DNA from: a virus
Taxonomy: Duplodnaviria > Heunggongvirae > Uroviricota > Caudoviricetes
Direction: 5' to 3' (one strand)
Length of the DNA: 41,111 nucleotides
Virus record (IMG/VR): IMGVR_UViG_2724679059_000002
Coordinates: 1 to 41,111 of that record
The position numbers and the translations under genes were made by a program. The notes under the pieces were generated by a model that did no database searches, was not told the DNA's origin, and was given only the letters and a program-made list of their open reading frames with translations. How positions within the stretch are numbered: position 1 is the first letter of the stretch; every line of letters starts with the position of its first letter. Shown here in pieces: positions 28,371 to 36,621 of the stretch.

Positions 28371-28652
28371 TCATTTTTCCTCTTTTGGTTTATGAATCTG
28401 AATGGTCATGCCACTTTGAGTGGTGACTACAATGACAGAACCAGGCTGAAGGCTGTTAAGATTGAATGCTTCGTAAAACGAATCCAATGCCAGTGCTTTT
28501 TTATTCTTTCGGTTCCACCAACGCCATCCCTTGCTACAGGCTACACTGACAATCCACTGTCCACTCCTGTAAGCCATATAAAACCAGATGAGCAAAACCT
28601 GAAGGAATGCTATCCAGTCAATAATCGTATATTTCGCGAAGGAGTCCATCAC
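28371..28652 (-). CDS. Small membrane protein
   Basis: 93 aa, N-terminal hydrophobic helix (IIDWIAFLQVLLIWFYMAY). Confidence 0.4.
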   Translation of the reverse strand: MMDSFAKYTIIDWIAFLQVLLIWFYMAYRSGQWIVSVACSKGWRWWNRKNKKALALDSFYEAFNLNSLQPGSVIVVTTQSGMTIQIHKPKEEK

Positions 28653-29863
28653 TTCACCTCCTGCGGCGGTTCTGGTAGTGGCATCCAGTGGGTTACACCG
28701 CCAATTGGTTCATCGTCGTCGTACTCCAATGCGGCTATATAGAACCCGTCACGACGAGAATAAGAAATCCCGGACATTACAATGCCATCCGAAACAACAA
28801 TAATGTCACCCGTTTCTTCCGGCATTCGCTCACTACAGCTTATCCAACCATCCGGAGTTACCGGAGTTGGTCCATCGAATTCGGGCATGTCAGGACCTTT
28901 TCTGATAGCTTTAGCCAGCTCCAGCGGGTCATCGTAAAGCCAGTCGCCAGTTTGTGGGTGATTTGCTTCTGCAAGCTGCGCAGCCCATTCAAGACCATCT
29001 TTTTGACCTTGGAGATAATCAAGCGGCAACTCTTCATGATTACTTACAGGTTGGCTACCCTGAAGCATGGCAGCGTGGCAGGCATACTCAACGCCCTTAA
29101 CTGCATCTGCGCAGTAGTTATAGCGATTGCATTCCACTAATTTCCGTTTGAGTTTTTCAATTGCCTGCGCGACATCAGCCTGTATTACAGGAACTGGCGG
29201 AACGGCTGTTTGCTCTCGAACGTCATTAGTCGCTATCGGTTCTGCTGCCAACTGACTGGCATATTTGTTAATGGTAACGATAAGCTCTTGCTCAGCCTCA
29301 TCCAGACAATCACCGATACCTCGCCTGTCACCGTCAAAATCATCGAAATCGGCACGAATCTTGGCAACCTTCAGGATTGCGGACAACACCTCACTAGGAA
29401 TTACCGGATAGTTGGTTGACGTTTCCGCGATTTCCCGAAAATTATTGGTTGACGAATTCTTATTTTCCCGAAAGTTTCCGGACTGAAGCATGGCGGCGCG
29501 GCAGGCGTTCCAGCCTCTTACCTCTGCAATAGCGGCAACCGCATCAACCGCGTACATGCTAAGAGGATTAGGCATTGGTTTTTCTTCCGGTACTACTTGC
29601 GCTGGAGGGGCGGCGTAAATACCCTCTATCACTAAATGTTTGCGCTCAAAATCATCTGGCTCTCGATGATATACGTAACTCCAGTCACCAAGGTTATCAT
29701 TGCGCCTGCAACGGAAACCTATCGGCTCGACTTCCAGCGCTGCCAGAGCAATTCGTGCCAGTTCTTCCGCTTCTTCTGCTGGCAGTACAACGTTGCTACC
29801 AGGTCCGTATGTTTCGCGCCACTGCTTGATTGTCAGCAGTCGCTCTTTGGTTATAGTGGTCAT
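28649..29863 (-). CDS. DUF551-domain phage protein with internally repeated N-terminal region
   Basis: C-terminus DGWISCSERMPEE...THWMPLPEPP fits the DUF551 pattern; internal repeat NACRAAMLQSG / YACHAAMLQGS also visible at DNA level (~410 bp apart). Confidence 0.55.
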   Translation of the reverse strand: MTTITKERLLTIKQWRETYGPGSNVVLPAEEAEELARIALAALEVEPIGFRCRRNDNLGDWSYVYHREPDDFERKHLVIEGIYAAPPAQVVPEEKPMPNPLSMYAVDAVAAIAEVRGWNACRAAMLQSGNFRENKNSSTNNFREIAETSTNYPVIPSEVLSAILKVAKIRADFDDFDGDRRGIGDCLDEAEQELIVTINKYASQLAAEPIATNDVREQTAVPPVPVIQADVAQAIEKLKRKLVECNRYNYCADAVKGVEYACHAAMLQGSQPVSNHEELPLDYLQGQKDGLEWAAQLAEANHPQTGDWLYDDPLELAKAIRKGPDMPEFDGPTPVTPDGWISCSERMPEETGDIIVVSDGIVMSGISYSRRDGFYIAALEYDDDEPIGGVTHWMPLPEPPQEVK

Positions 29864-30069
29864 TTGTTAATCCTCAAAACTTTATGCCCGGGCGCAAAAG
29901 CACGCGTTTTGTCTTTGCTTATTCGCCAGCCATCCTTGCGCGCCTCTTTTGCACAGCCAGCCCATGACGTACCTATATACTCACCGAAGTCTGGCGACTT
30001 ATATTTGCCATCTGTACACTGGAGGCAATCACAATAGAGATGCATGGTGTAACTTGCAGCGATAGCCAT
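29860..30069 (-). CDS. Small Cys-rich protein
   Basis: Start set to ATG at 30069 with RBS aaggagag; contains CDCLQC...C motif. Confidence 0.4.
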   Translation of the reverse strand: MAIAASYTMHLYCDCLQCTDGKYKSPDFGEYIGTSWAGCAKEARKDGWRISKDKTRAFAPGHKVLRINK

Positions 30070-30429
30070 ATCACTCTCCTTTAGTGCGCAAGTGGTTTTT
30101 CCAGCGGTTTTGCGCCGCGCTGGGCTTTTGCAAAACCACAATCCATCATCCCGTAATATTTCATCAACCCCATCCGTCGGTTGCTGAGTCTCACCCACTG
30201 CCAGACGCCAGGAGCGTTTCTACGAACTAACAGAATCTTTGCTTTACGGTTTTTCATCGCTTTGCTCTCCTGCGTCTCTTTGCTGCTCGTCGTGCCGCTG
30301 CAATACCGGTATGGCGGCGCTTTGGTGCCGGGATGATGTTGTCAGCCATCAGGACATGTGGCTTTGCAATTAGCGCAGAAGCCCAAAAACGAGTCGGGTA
30401 CGGTAACAAGCCGATACATGCCACACGCA

Positions 30430-31101
30430 TTACTCACCTCCTTTGATGCGAATGCCAGGGGCGCGTGGCACATTAACTTCCACGATGCGCACAGTTGGTT
30501 TGTACATCTCAATCGCAGTCAGCCAGTCAGCGCCAGTCATGCGCTTTTCTGCATCGCCATTAGTCCACTTAACCGGTACACCAATAGCCTTCATCGCGAT
30601 TTCTATTTCCCCGGCAATGGCGCTTTTTCCGCAACCAGTAAAACCAGATACAACGACCAGAACTTCACCTTTGGCTGGTTTTATTTCCCGCGCTTCCAGT
30701 TCTGCTATGCGCTTACTTCCATCCGAGATAACACCTTCGTAATACTCACGCTGCTCGTTGAGTTTTGATTTTGCTTCCTCAAGCTCAACTCTCAGCTTCC
30801 CTACCGTTAGCGCAATATCCTCGTTCTCCTGGTCACGGCGTTTGATGTATTGCTGGTTTCTTTCCCGTTCATCCAGCAACGCCTGCACTACTTCAGGGTT
30901 GAAAGCTGCGATATAACGCGCGTTATTCTCTGCGTTTTCCTGTCCATCAAAGCCGGTCCATTTGATAACGTCTTCACATCGTTTATCACCGGGTGTATGC
31001 ACCGCATATGTACCAGTACCCGACGAAATAAATGCGACCCATTCGCCTTGTGTTGCCTGTTTTGCTATCTCACGCAGTGCCTGATAGTTAAATTCACTCA
31101 C
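30430..31101 (-). CDS. Ead/Ea22-like protein with C-terminal P-loop-like motif
   Basis: N-terminus ALREIAKQATQGEWVA...ENNARYIAAFNPEVVQALLDE resembles the Ead/Ea22 family; C-terminus has VVVSGFTGCGKSAIA (GxxGxGKS). Confidence 0.5.
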   Translation of the reverse strand: MSEFNYQALREIAKQATQGEWVAFISSGTGTYAVHTPGDKRCEDVIKWTGFDGQENAENNARYIAAFNPEVVQALLDERERNQQYIKRRDQENEDIALTVGKLRVELEEAKSKLNEQREYYEGVISDGSKRIAELEAREIKPAKGEVLVVVSGFTGCGKSAIAGEIEIAMKAIGVPVKWTNGDAEKRMTGADWLTAIEMYKPTVRIVEVNVPRAPGIRIKGGE

Positions 31102-31147
31102 TGGTTGCCTCCTGTTAAATTTTCTGTGATATCAGCGTTTACGACGA

Positions 31148-32155
31148 TCATTCACATACACCGGCATAAACACTGCTGCACACCGTCTTATCGTTCGTGC
31201 TCGCCAGTAGGTCAAATTGAGCGCCACCTCGGGTTGTCATTGCCCAGTCGCGATAGGTTTCGATTCCGTAGCTGTCTACGGTAACTACATCTATGCGACG
31301 TTCTGCCCGGCGTGGGTCATGAGTTGACGGGAAAAACGTTGAGTTGCCGCGGCGAGAGCAGGCTGCAACTAATCGTTCCCACTCTGCCACTCTGGCGATT
31401 TCCTCTGGCCAGCGCTGAAAAATTTCCGCCAGTTCAGATTTTCTGGCATGAATGCATGGCATACACCCAACGCGTCTGCATCCTTGTTGGTAGAGTGGGT
31501 TTGGTTTAATCCCGTGACGCCTGGCAATAGCGAAAACATCCTCATGTAGCCAGTTGAGAATCGGACGATAGACATGCAATCCTGGGGTATTGTCCGCATC
31601 CTCCTCCCACACTTGCAGGCGTGCCCTCGATGGCGATTCCTGAGCACGCACACCCTGCCAGGAGATAACTTCGTCATATTCATCAAGCGCAGGTTGCACC
31701 ACCTGAGTGCGCACTGGTTCGTGTTTCAGTTCGAATGTACAGAACCGCGCTTTAGTGCTCGGGAAACGACCTTTCCACATGCACAGGTCAAGAAATGGAT
31801 TTCCGGTTGGGTGGAGGATTTCCAGCGCACGAGCAACACGTTCCGCTGCTTCATCAGGAGTCATTCCGCACTCTGCAACAAGAGATACTGGCCATTTTTC
31901 AGCAATGAATTTGCGCTTACCTTCTATCTGGCGAGTGAAGTCGGCTTTTACGCGGCGAATTGGTCCCAGCTTTTGTTCCAGATAGTCAAGGTACTCCATC
32001 GTTTGTGGGTGTTCGTGCCCCGTGTCAGCAAACACGCGCTCATGCTGTATATCGTTTTCTATGGCATACAAACATTGCGCCAGTGAGTCTTTCCCGCCAG
32101 ACATGGAAACCAAATTAAAAGTGTTTTCTGCTCGGCAGCGCTGAACGATGCTCAC
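31148..32155 (-). CDS. PAPS-reductase-like PP-loop ATP pyrophosphatase family protein
   Basis: PP-loop SGGKDS near the N-terminus; C-terminal Cys cluster GCRRVGCMPC. Confidence 0.6.
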   Translation of the reverse strand: MSIVQRCRAENTFNLVSMSGGKDSLAQCLYAIENDIQHERVFADTGHEHPQTMEYLDYLEQKLGPIRRVKADFTRQIEGKRKFIAEKWPVSLVAECGMTPDEAAERVARALEILHPTGNPFLDLCMWKGRFPSTKARFCTFELKHEPVRTQVVQPALDEYDEVISWQGVRAQESPSRARLQVWEEDADNTPGLHVYRPILNWLHEDVFAIARRHGIKPNPLYQQGCRRVGCMPCIHARKSELAEIFQRWPEEIARVAEWERLVAACSRRGNSTFFPSTHDPRRAERRIDVVTVDSYGIETYRDWAMTTRGGAQFDLLASTNDKTVCSSVYAGVCE

Positions 32156-32607
32156 TGGTTGCCTCCTTTGCGAAGCTGGGCGGCTAACTCATCACATATG
32201 TGCGTCAAAGAGCAAAGTTTGATTGATGGATGTTCGCGCATCATCTCAACCCCCTGCGCCCGTACTTCATCCAGGAAAGCATCGGTGGCTGGGGTGTCTG
32301 ATTGCAGAGACTTTGCTCGATAGTCATTCCACCATCTTGCATACATGGGATTAACTTGCACTCCATCTTTTACGCAATATGCCTGCCCTCCACGGTTGAT
32401 AACCTTGATTTCGTCCATATCGCCAGACTTCAGCCCCGCATTCTCCGCTGCCAGCGCATTAGCACGCACCAGTTGCACTTCCAGTTGCGTTGCCAAATCG
32501 CTGATCAGCTTTGCCACACTGCGCATATCAACGGCACCACATTCTGCTTTCAGTTCCGAAGCCATCTCATGCCCGGCGGCAACTAACCCTTTGATATTAC
32601 TTTCCAT
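32152..32607 (-). CDS. Hypothetical protein
   Basis: 151-aa ORF translationally coupled to the PAPS-reductase-like gene. Confidence 0.4.
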   Translation of the reverse strand: MESNIKGLVAAGHEMASELKAECGAVDMRSVAKLISDLATQLEVQLVRANALAAENAGLKSGDMDEIKVINRGGQAYCVKDGVQVNPMYARWWNDYRAKSLQSDTPATDAFLDEVRAQGVEMMREHPSIKLCSLTHICDELAAQLRKGGNQ

Positions 32608-32668
32608 CTTTACCCTCGCTTATCCACATAACTTATTGATTACATTGATAACTAAAAAGATCGTCGAT

Positions 32669-33013
32669 TCAGAACTCTTCGATGTTCCAGCCACCACCTG
32701 CTTTCTTTGGCTTAACCGTTACCCCGATGATTCGGAACGGATACTGATCTGCGGCGACTTTGGTTTTCACCCTAGCGTCATCGGTCCAGAAACCTTTCAC
32801 TTCGTGCAGTTCCATCTCGCCGGTGGCGAGCATCACAGCAAAATCGGGCGTATAGAACGTGTTGTCAGCTAACCGCAGCTTGAGACCCTCGAATCGATAC
32901 CAGGCGATTTCCCCTGCACGTTTACGCTGCTCAAGGTGCTGGCAATACGCAGATTCTGTTTTGTTCATCTGACCTGTTTTGAGTCGACCAAGAGCCTGTA
33001 TCTGTTTTCTCAT
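32669..33013 (-). CDS. DUF1064-family phage protein
   Basis: 114 aa with FYTPDF and HEVKG motifs characteristic of DUF1064; nin-like position after replication gene P. Confidence 0.5.
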   Translation of the reverse strand: MRKQIQALGRLKTGQMNKTESAYCQHLEQRKRAGEIAWYRFEGLKLRLADNTFYTPDFAVMLATGEMELHEVKGFWTDDARVKTKVAADQYPFRIIGVTVKPKKAGGGWNIEEF

Positions 33014-33016
33014 GAT

Positions 33017-33093
33017 TTACCCCTGAGGTAATTAAAAACCACATAAGACACGAAATCAATAGATTTTAGTATATTTTATTACCCGACAGGTAA
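33017..33093 (-). promoter_or_regulatory. Candidate internal promoter flanked by two operator-like palindromes
   Basis: On the - strand TTGATT-17 bp-TTTAAT, with TTACC-CCTGA-GGTAA (33017-33031) overlapping the RBS of the DUF1064 gene and TTACC-CGACA-GGTAA (33079-33093) upstream. Confidence 0.35.
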
Positions 33094-33130
33094 TCATTTA
33101 GGAGTAAAAAAATGCGCTATCGCGCTGGTA

Positions 33131-33907
33131 TTACTTGATAAATCCTGCCGCCTTTCCCCGCCTGTATTCCTCCATCAGCCACTGTGCCGGTGTTATTCCA
33201 CCCAGGGTGGCGGCGTTAGGCATGCACCCGAAACTTCGCCCTGGTGGATGGTAAACGTCTCTCCCTGTGTCCGGAGGTGTACTCATGGGTTCTGGCTTTG
33301 CCTGTATGCTGATCACCGGATCGGGTATCTGCTGTCCGGAAGCCACCTTTTTCGCCCAATCATCGAGCAACCTGCGCGCGTGTTTCTCAACCTCAATCTC
33401 GCTAAGCTGGCGCTGATACATTGCACGGCGGGTATCACATACTACCCAGTACATAACCGGATGTCGCCACGGGAATCTTTCGGGACCACCAGGATATAAA
33501 CTTTTTTCCTTGCTGTACCGGTGAAACTCCGCCATCACATCGTCAATGGTGACGCCAAGAACCATCTTGCTGTCTTTACACCACTTGATGAATTGCCCTG
33601 GCGACGGCCAGAACGGAGACTCACTGGCGCGGGCGTGGCGCATACCAGCGTTAACCTGTTCCATTGTAGTGATCCCATTCTCCAGAAACGCAAGCATCCA
33701 TTGCTTACGGAATTCATTAAGTTTGTTCTGCTCCCTTATGGTCGAAACGCTTGCAGGAAATGCAGCCTGTAACTGGACAAATAGTTCATTGAAAATTCTA
33801 GCGACCTGCTCCTTTTTGCCATTGCTGTCACGCCGCTCTTCATGCACAGCAACACCATGCTCACGTAAGCGATCGTACTCATTGAGAAGTTCTGGAGTTG
33901 ATTTCAT
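33131..33907 (-). CDS. P: Replication protein P-like (DnaB helicase loader)
   Basis: FPASVSTIREQNKLNEFRKQWMLAFLENGITTMEQVNAGMRHAR aligns closely with lambda P (FPASLANRDQNEVNEIRRQWVLAFRENGITTMEQVNAGMRVAR). Confidence 0.85.
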   Translation of the reverse strand: MKSTPELLNEYDRLREHGVAVHEERRDSNGKKEQVARIFNELFVQLQAAFPASVSTIREQNKLNEFRKQWMLAFLENGITTMEQVNAGMRHARASESPFWPSPGQFIKWCKDSKMVLGVTIDDVMAEFHRYSKEKSLYPGGPERFPWRHPVMYWVVCDTRRAMYQRQLSEIEVEKHARRLLDDWAKKVASGQQIPDPVISIQAKPEPMSTPPDTGRDVYHPPGRSFGCMPNAATLGGITPAQWLMEEYRRGKAAGFIK

Positions 33908-34721
33908 CCCACACCCCTTCTATCCAGTCAGTGTTATTCCAGTCAAGCTCATCGCTTTTCCCGACGTTTTTTGATTTTCCCCTGATATGATTTACGTGCC
34001 TGGCGAATTTTTGTTCCCACTGAACCTGCGTGAACACTTTGCCCTCAGCCATCCAGTAATCCCGGAATGCAGCAAGTTCAGCAGGTGTAAATTCCGGTTC
34101 CGGCAGGGCCGTTCCCCACAGCGCAGCACGCCGTCGAAAATCCGGCGACGGATGCCAGCCATCGGTCATCGGAAATTTCCCAATAGGTTCACTCAGGCCA
34201 TCCAGAAATGCAGGTTCTGCCACCTGCAACGGCGTACCGTTCGCTTCACTGGTCGGATCACTCTCGCGCGCGTGTGCTATGTGTGGGGTTTTATATATAT
34301 CTTCCTCTTCCTCTGGTAACTCCTTTTGTAACGCTGTTGGCGTTACTTTTTGCGTTACTCGTTTTCGATGCTCTGCCACTCTTCTATTCGTAAGTGCACG
34401 TTTTTTCGATGATTCTCCATTGTGTCGCTCAAAGTTTGGAAGAATTAGTTTGCCGTCATGATAAGCAAGCCATCCGACGCTAATGAGGGCGTCAGCAAAT
34501 CCTGTAATAAAAGCGAGTCTATCAAGTACTCCTTTTGTAACGCTGCCAGCGTTACCGTCTATTGTTTGCTGGTCAGCCCATGCCCATATACGAACCAGCT
34601 TTCCAAGAACAGCATCTGGATCAATACCCAGAATTTCTGCTATCTGAAAAATTTCAGGTTTATCAGGAGTGATAACTTCAACCTTAATCCAGCTGCTTGC
34701 CATAGGTTTCCCCTCTTGCAC
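33879..34721 (-). CDS. Replication initiator, lambda O-like by position
   Basis: Immediately upstream of and overlapping P; acidic linker EEEEDIY; contains iteron-like repeats. Confidence 0.55.
   Translation of the reverse strand: MQEGKPMASSWIKVEVITPDKPEIFQIAEILGIDPDAVLGKLVRIWAWADQQTIDGNAGSVTKGVLDRLAFITGFADALISVGWLAYHDGKLILPNFERHNGESSKKRALTNRRVAEHRKRVTQKVTPTALQKELPEEEEDIYKTPHIAHARESDPTSEANGTPLQVAEPAFLDGLSEPIGKFPMTDGWHPSPDFRRRAALWGTALPEPEFTPAELAAFRDYWMAEGKVFTQVQWEQKFARHVNHIRGKSKNVGKSDELDWNNTDWIEGVWDEINSRTSQ
34320..34555. repeat. Candidate replication-origin iterons inside the O-like gene
   Basis: Two 27-bp copies ctccttttgtaacgctgNNNgcgttac at 34320-34346 and 34529-34555, each with internal dyad GTAACGCTG/CAGCGTTAC, plus an extra GCGTTAC at ~34351. 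Confidence 0.45.
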
Positions 34722-34896
34722 TCTTTAGTGCACAAGCAAATTCATTACGATGGCGGTTGGCGCTATTCATTGCACATTCAACACATGTTCCGTTCAGAAC
34801 ATACCTTTCAGAGAGATGGCCGTGACGGCACCGCTTTCCTGTGAAATAGCGATTTAACCCGGCTTTTGCGGCCTCCATTCTGGTTACTATCTTCAA
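34684..34896 (-). CDS. Small Cys-rich (zinc-ribbon-like) protein between cro-like and O-like genes
   Basis: 70 aa, CRHGH...CVEC; occupies the position of cII in the lambda gene order but has no obvious similarity to it. Confidence 0.4.
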   Translation of the reverse strand: MKIVTRMEAAKAGLNRYFTGKRCRHGHLSERYVLNGTCVECAMNSANRHRNEFACALKSARGETYGKQLD

Positions 34897-34974
34897 TTTT
34901 TCCGCCTCTTTTTGTTATTGATATTGGATATTTTGCACAATTGGAAAATTTGATCAACCAGATTTGGTTTTTTA

Positions 34975-34989
34975 TTACCTTTGAGGTAC
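34975..34989. promoter_or_regulatory. Operator-like palindrome TTACC-TTTGA-GGTAC
   Basis: Member of the repeat family, just downstream (in transcription direction) of the hairpin at 35004-35023. Confidence 0.35.
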
Positions 34990-34995
34990 GAATAG

Positions 34996-35023
34996 ATATG
35001 AAAAGACCGCCGGGTGGCGGTCT
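34996..35023 (-). terminator. tR1-like terminator downstream of cro-like gene
   Basis: Perfect 8-bp stem agaccgcc-gggt-ggcggtct followed on the - strand by a U-rich tract (uuuucauaucuauu). Confidence 0.45.
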
Positions 35024-35044
35024 ACAGAGGGTTGTAGCTGGATA

Positions 35045-35275
35045 TCATGAGTAGAAGAAGTATGCCAGTTCTGCTTTTGAGCGCAGCCATTGTCTTGTTT
35101 TACAGGCTTTAAAAAGCCCATTCATCAATACTTTACCTGGCATTTTGCGCTTACCTGTTAAGTGAGTCTGGATATAGTGACTCGTCGTTCCGGCTTCCTG
35201 TGCGAAGGCTTCACGCTCATCCGGAGTAAGTGCAAGCCAGTGCTTTTTGAAATCGAAATGTCCGTTATCGCTCAT
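35045..35275 (-). CDS. Cro/CII-like HTH regulator (first gene of the operon divergent from the repressor)
   Basis: 76 aa; HTH-like segment AFAQEAGTTSHYIQTHLTGKR; divergent from the CI-like gene across an operator-containing region. Confidence 0.5.
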   Translation of the reverse strand: MSDNGHFDFKKHWLALTPDEREAFAQEAGTTSHYIQTHLTGKRKMPGKVLMNGLFKACKTRQWLRSKAELAYFFYS

Positions 35276-35311
35276 AGCTATTGCCTGATATTTATTTCAG
35301 ATAATAAATAT

Positions 35312-35374
35312 TCACCCATAAGGTAACAAAAATCAAGGATAGTTACCTATGAGGTGCATTTACCTGTTGGGTAA
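35312..35374. promoter_or_regulatory. Immunity-region operators: three TTACC-N5-GGTAA-type sites between cro-like and repressor genes
   Basis: Sites at 35312-35326 (TCACC-CATAA-GGTAA), 35343-35357 (TTACC-TATGA-GGTGC) and 35360-35374 (TTACC-TGTTG-GGTAA), centre spacing 31 and 17 bp; half-sites resemble lambda operator half-sites (TCACC / GGTA). Confidence 0.6.
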
Positions 35375-35429
35375 TATTGCTTTAAATTGAATCATCTACT
35401 GATTCATATATGAGGCGATTTTCCAGAAA

Positions 35430-36014
35430 ATGAAAAGTATCCAGGACGTCCGCAGGCAAAATCTCAACGACTTGATCGACCGTGAATTCAATGGTGTTCA
35501 GACGCGGATGGCAGAAAAACTTGGAACTCAGGCAAATCTGGTAAACCGCTGGGCTCTTGGCAAGAAGGTTATCGGCGACCAGGTTGCGCGAAAAATTGAA
35601 GCTGCCGCCAATAAACCCCGTAACTGGCTTGATATCGATCGCTCGCTTTCTCAGGAGGGGTTTCAGCCTGTCGGCCCAAGCGACATTGGTCAGCTGGCGG
35701 CTCACAACCTGGAACGCTGGATGAGCGAAAGCCGCGACCTTTCAACGCAGGGAAAACTACACCGCGCATCCGGCGTCGCCCAGGTGACAATCAGCCGCCT
35801 GTTAAACAATGAAGTCAGCGTTTCCATTTCCACCCTGGAGAATGTTGCATCCGCATTCGGGCGTCACGGCTATGAATTACTGATTCACCCGCACGACCCT
35901 GCGACTATCAACTATGACCGCTCGCGCTACGCATTGTTACCCGAAACAGAGAAGGCAAAGATCGAAAGTTACATTGAATTTGTCATCAGCCAGAACGAAA
36001 GAAGCAAACAATAA
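35430..36014 (+). CDS. CI-like prophage repressor with two HTH regions and no S24 peptidase domain
   Basis: HTH at QTRMAEKLGTQANLVNRWALGK and a second HTH-like segment ASGVAQVTISRLLNNE; no Ser-Lys autocleavage motifs; divergent from the cro-like gene. Confidence 0.6.
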   Translation: MKSIQDVRRQNLNDLIDREFNGVQTRMAEKLGTQANLVNRWALGKKVIGDQVARKIEAAANKPRNWLDIDRSLSQEGFQPVGPSDIGQLAAHNLERWMSESRDLSTQGKLHRASGVAQVTISRLLNNEVSVSISTLENVASAFGRHGYELLIHPHDPATINYDRSRYALLPETEKAKIESYIEFVISQNERSKQ

Positions 36015-36070
36015 AACTATAGTTTTCAGTAAGTAAGCCGCCTCATGGCGCTTTTTTATTGCCAACAAGA

Positions 36071-36147
36071 TTACCTTATGGGTAATTTTTTTAACTCATA
36101 TCTATTGACATCAAACCAAATACGCATAATTATTACCTCAACGGTAA
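36071..36147 (+). promoter_or_regulatory. PL-like early promoter with flanking operators
   Basis: Operator TTACC-TTATG-GGTAA (36071-36085), TTGACA (36105-36110), 17-bp spacer, AATTAT (36128-36133), operator TTACC-TCAAC-GGTAA (36133-36147). Confidence 0.5.
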
Positions 36148-36166
36148 CAGACCGAGGTAACAAGTT

Positions 36167-36319
36167 ATGCAGTGGAAAATCATCAACGGTTGGTACTGCG
36201 TTACTGCATGCGGATTCATGAGCTGGAAATTCCGCACCTTACAGGAAGGCATTAAGTGGGCTTTCGTCAGCAAAGAAGCTCGCGATGTGGCCAACGATAA
36301 CGAGATATGGGAGGGCTGA
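36167..36319 (+). CDS. Small ORF, first gene of the early-left operon (below track threshold)
   Basis: ATG at 36167 preceded by gagg; 50 codons (MQWKIINGWYCVTACGF...). Confidence 0.3.
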   Translation: MQWKIINGWYCVTACGFMSWKFRTLQEGIKWAFVSKEARDVANDNEIWEG

Positions 36320-36321
36320 TA

Positions 36322-36621
36322 ATGAACGTTAATCAGCAGAAAAATCTTCAAAAAATCATGCTGGCATTCGACAAGGACTACCGCCTGTCAGAACAGCTAT
36401 ATGACCGACAAGTTGAACTGATTGAGAGCATCCGACTTCATCAACTGTCCTCAACTTTCGACGTTGTAACAGGCAAAGGCGTTCGTCAGGAAGTACTGGA
36501 GGCTGCTAAAGACAGCCCTGAGTTCGAAGAACTGATGGATGCCTATCGGCGAGAGGCAATGGCAATTATCGCCCGCTGGGATCTGGCAGATCAGCTTGAT
36601 GGACAGAGGGACGCGGCATGA
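36322..36621 (+). CDS. Hypothetical early protein upstream of exonuclease
   Basis: Start at ATG 36322 with strong SD ggaggg; 99 aa, acidic and helical; stop overlaps the exonuclease start. Confidence 0.45.
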   Translation: MNVNQQKNLQKIMLAFDKDYRLSEQLYDRQVELIESIRLHQLSSTFDVVTGKGVRQEVLEAAKDSPEFEELMDAYRREAMAIIARWDLADQLDGQRDAA

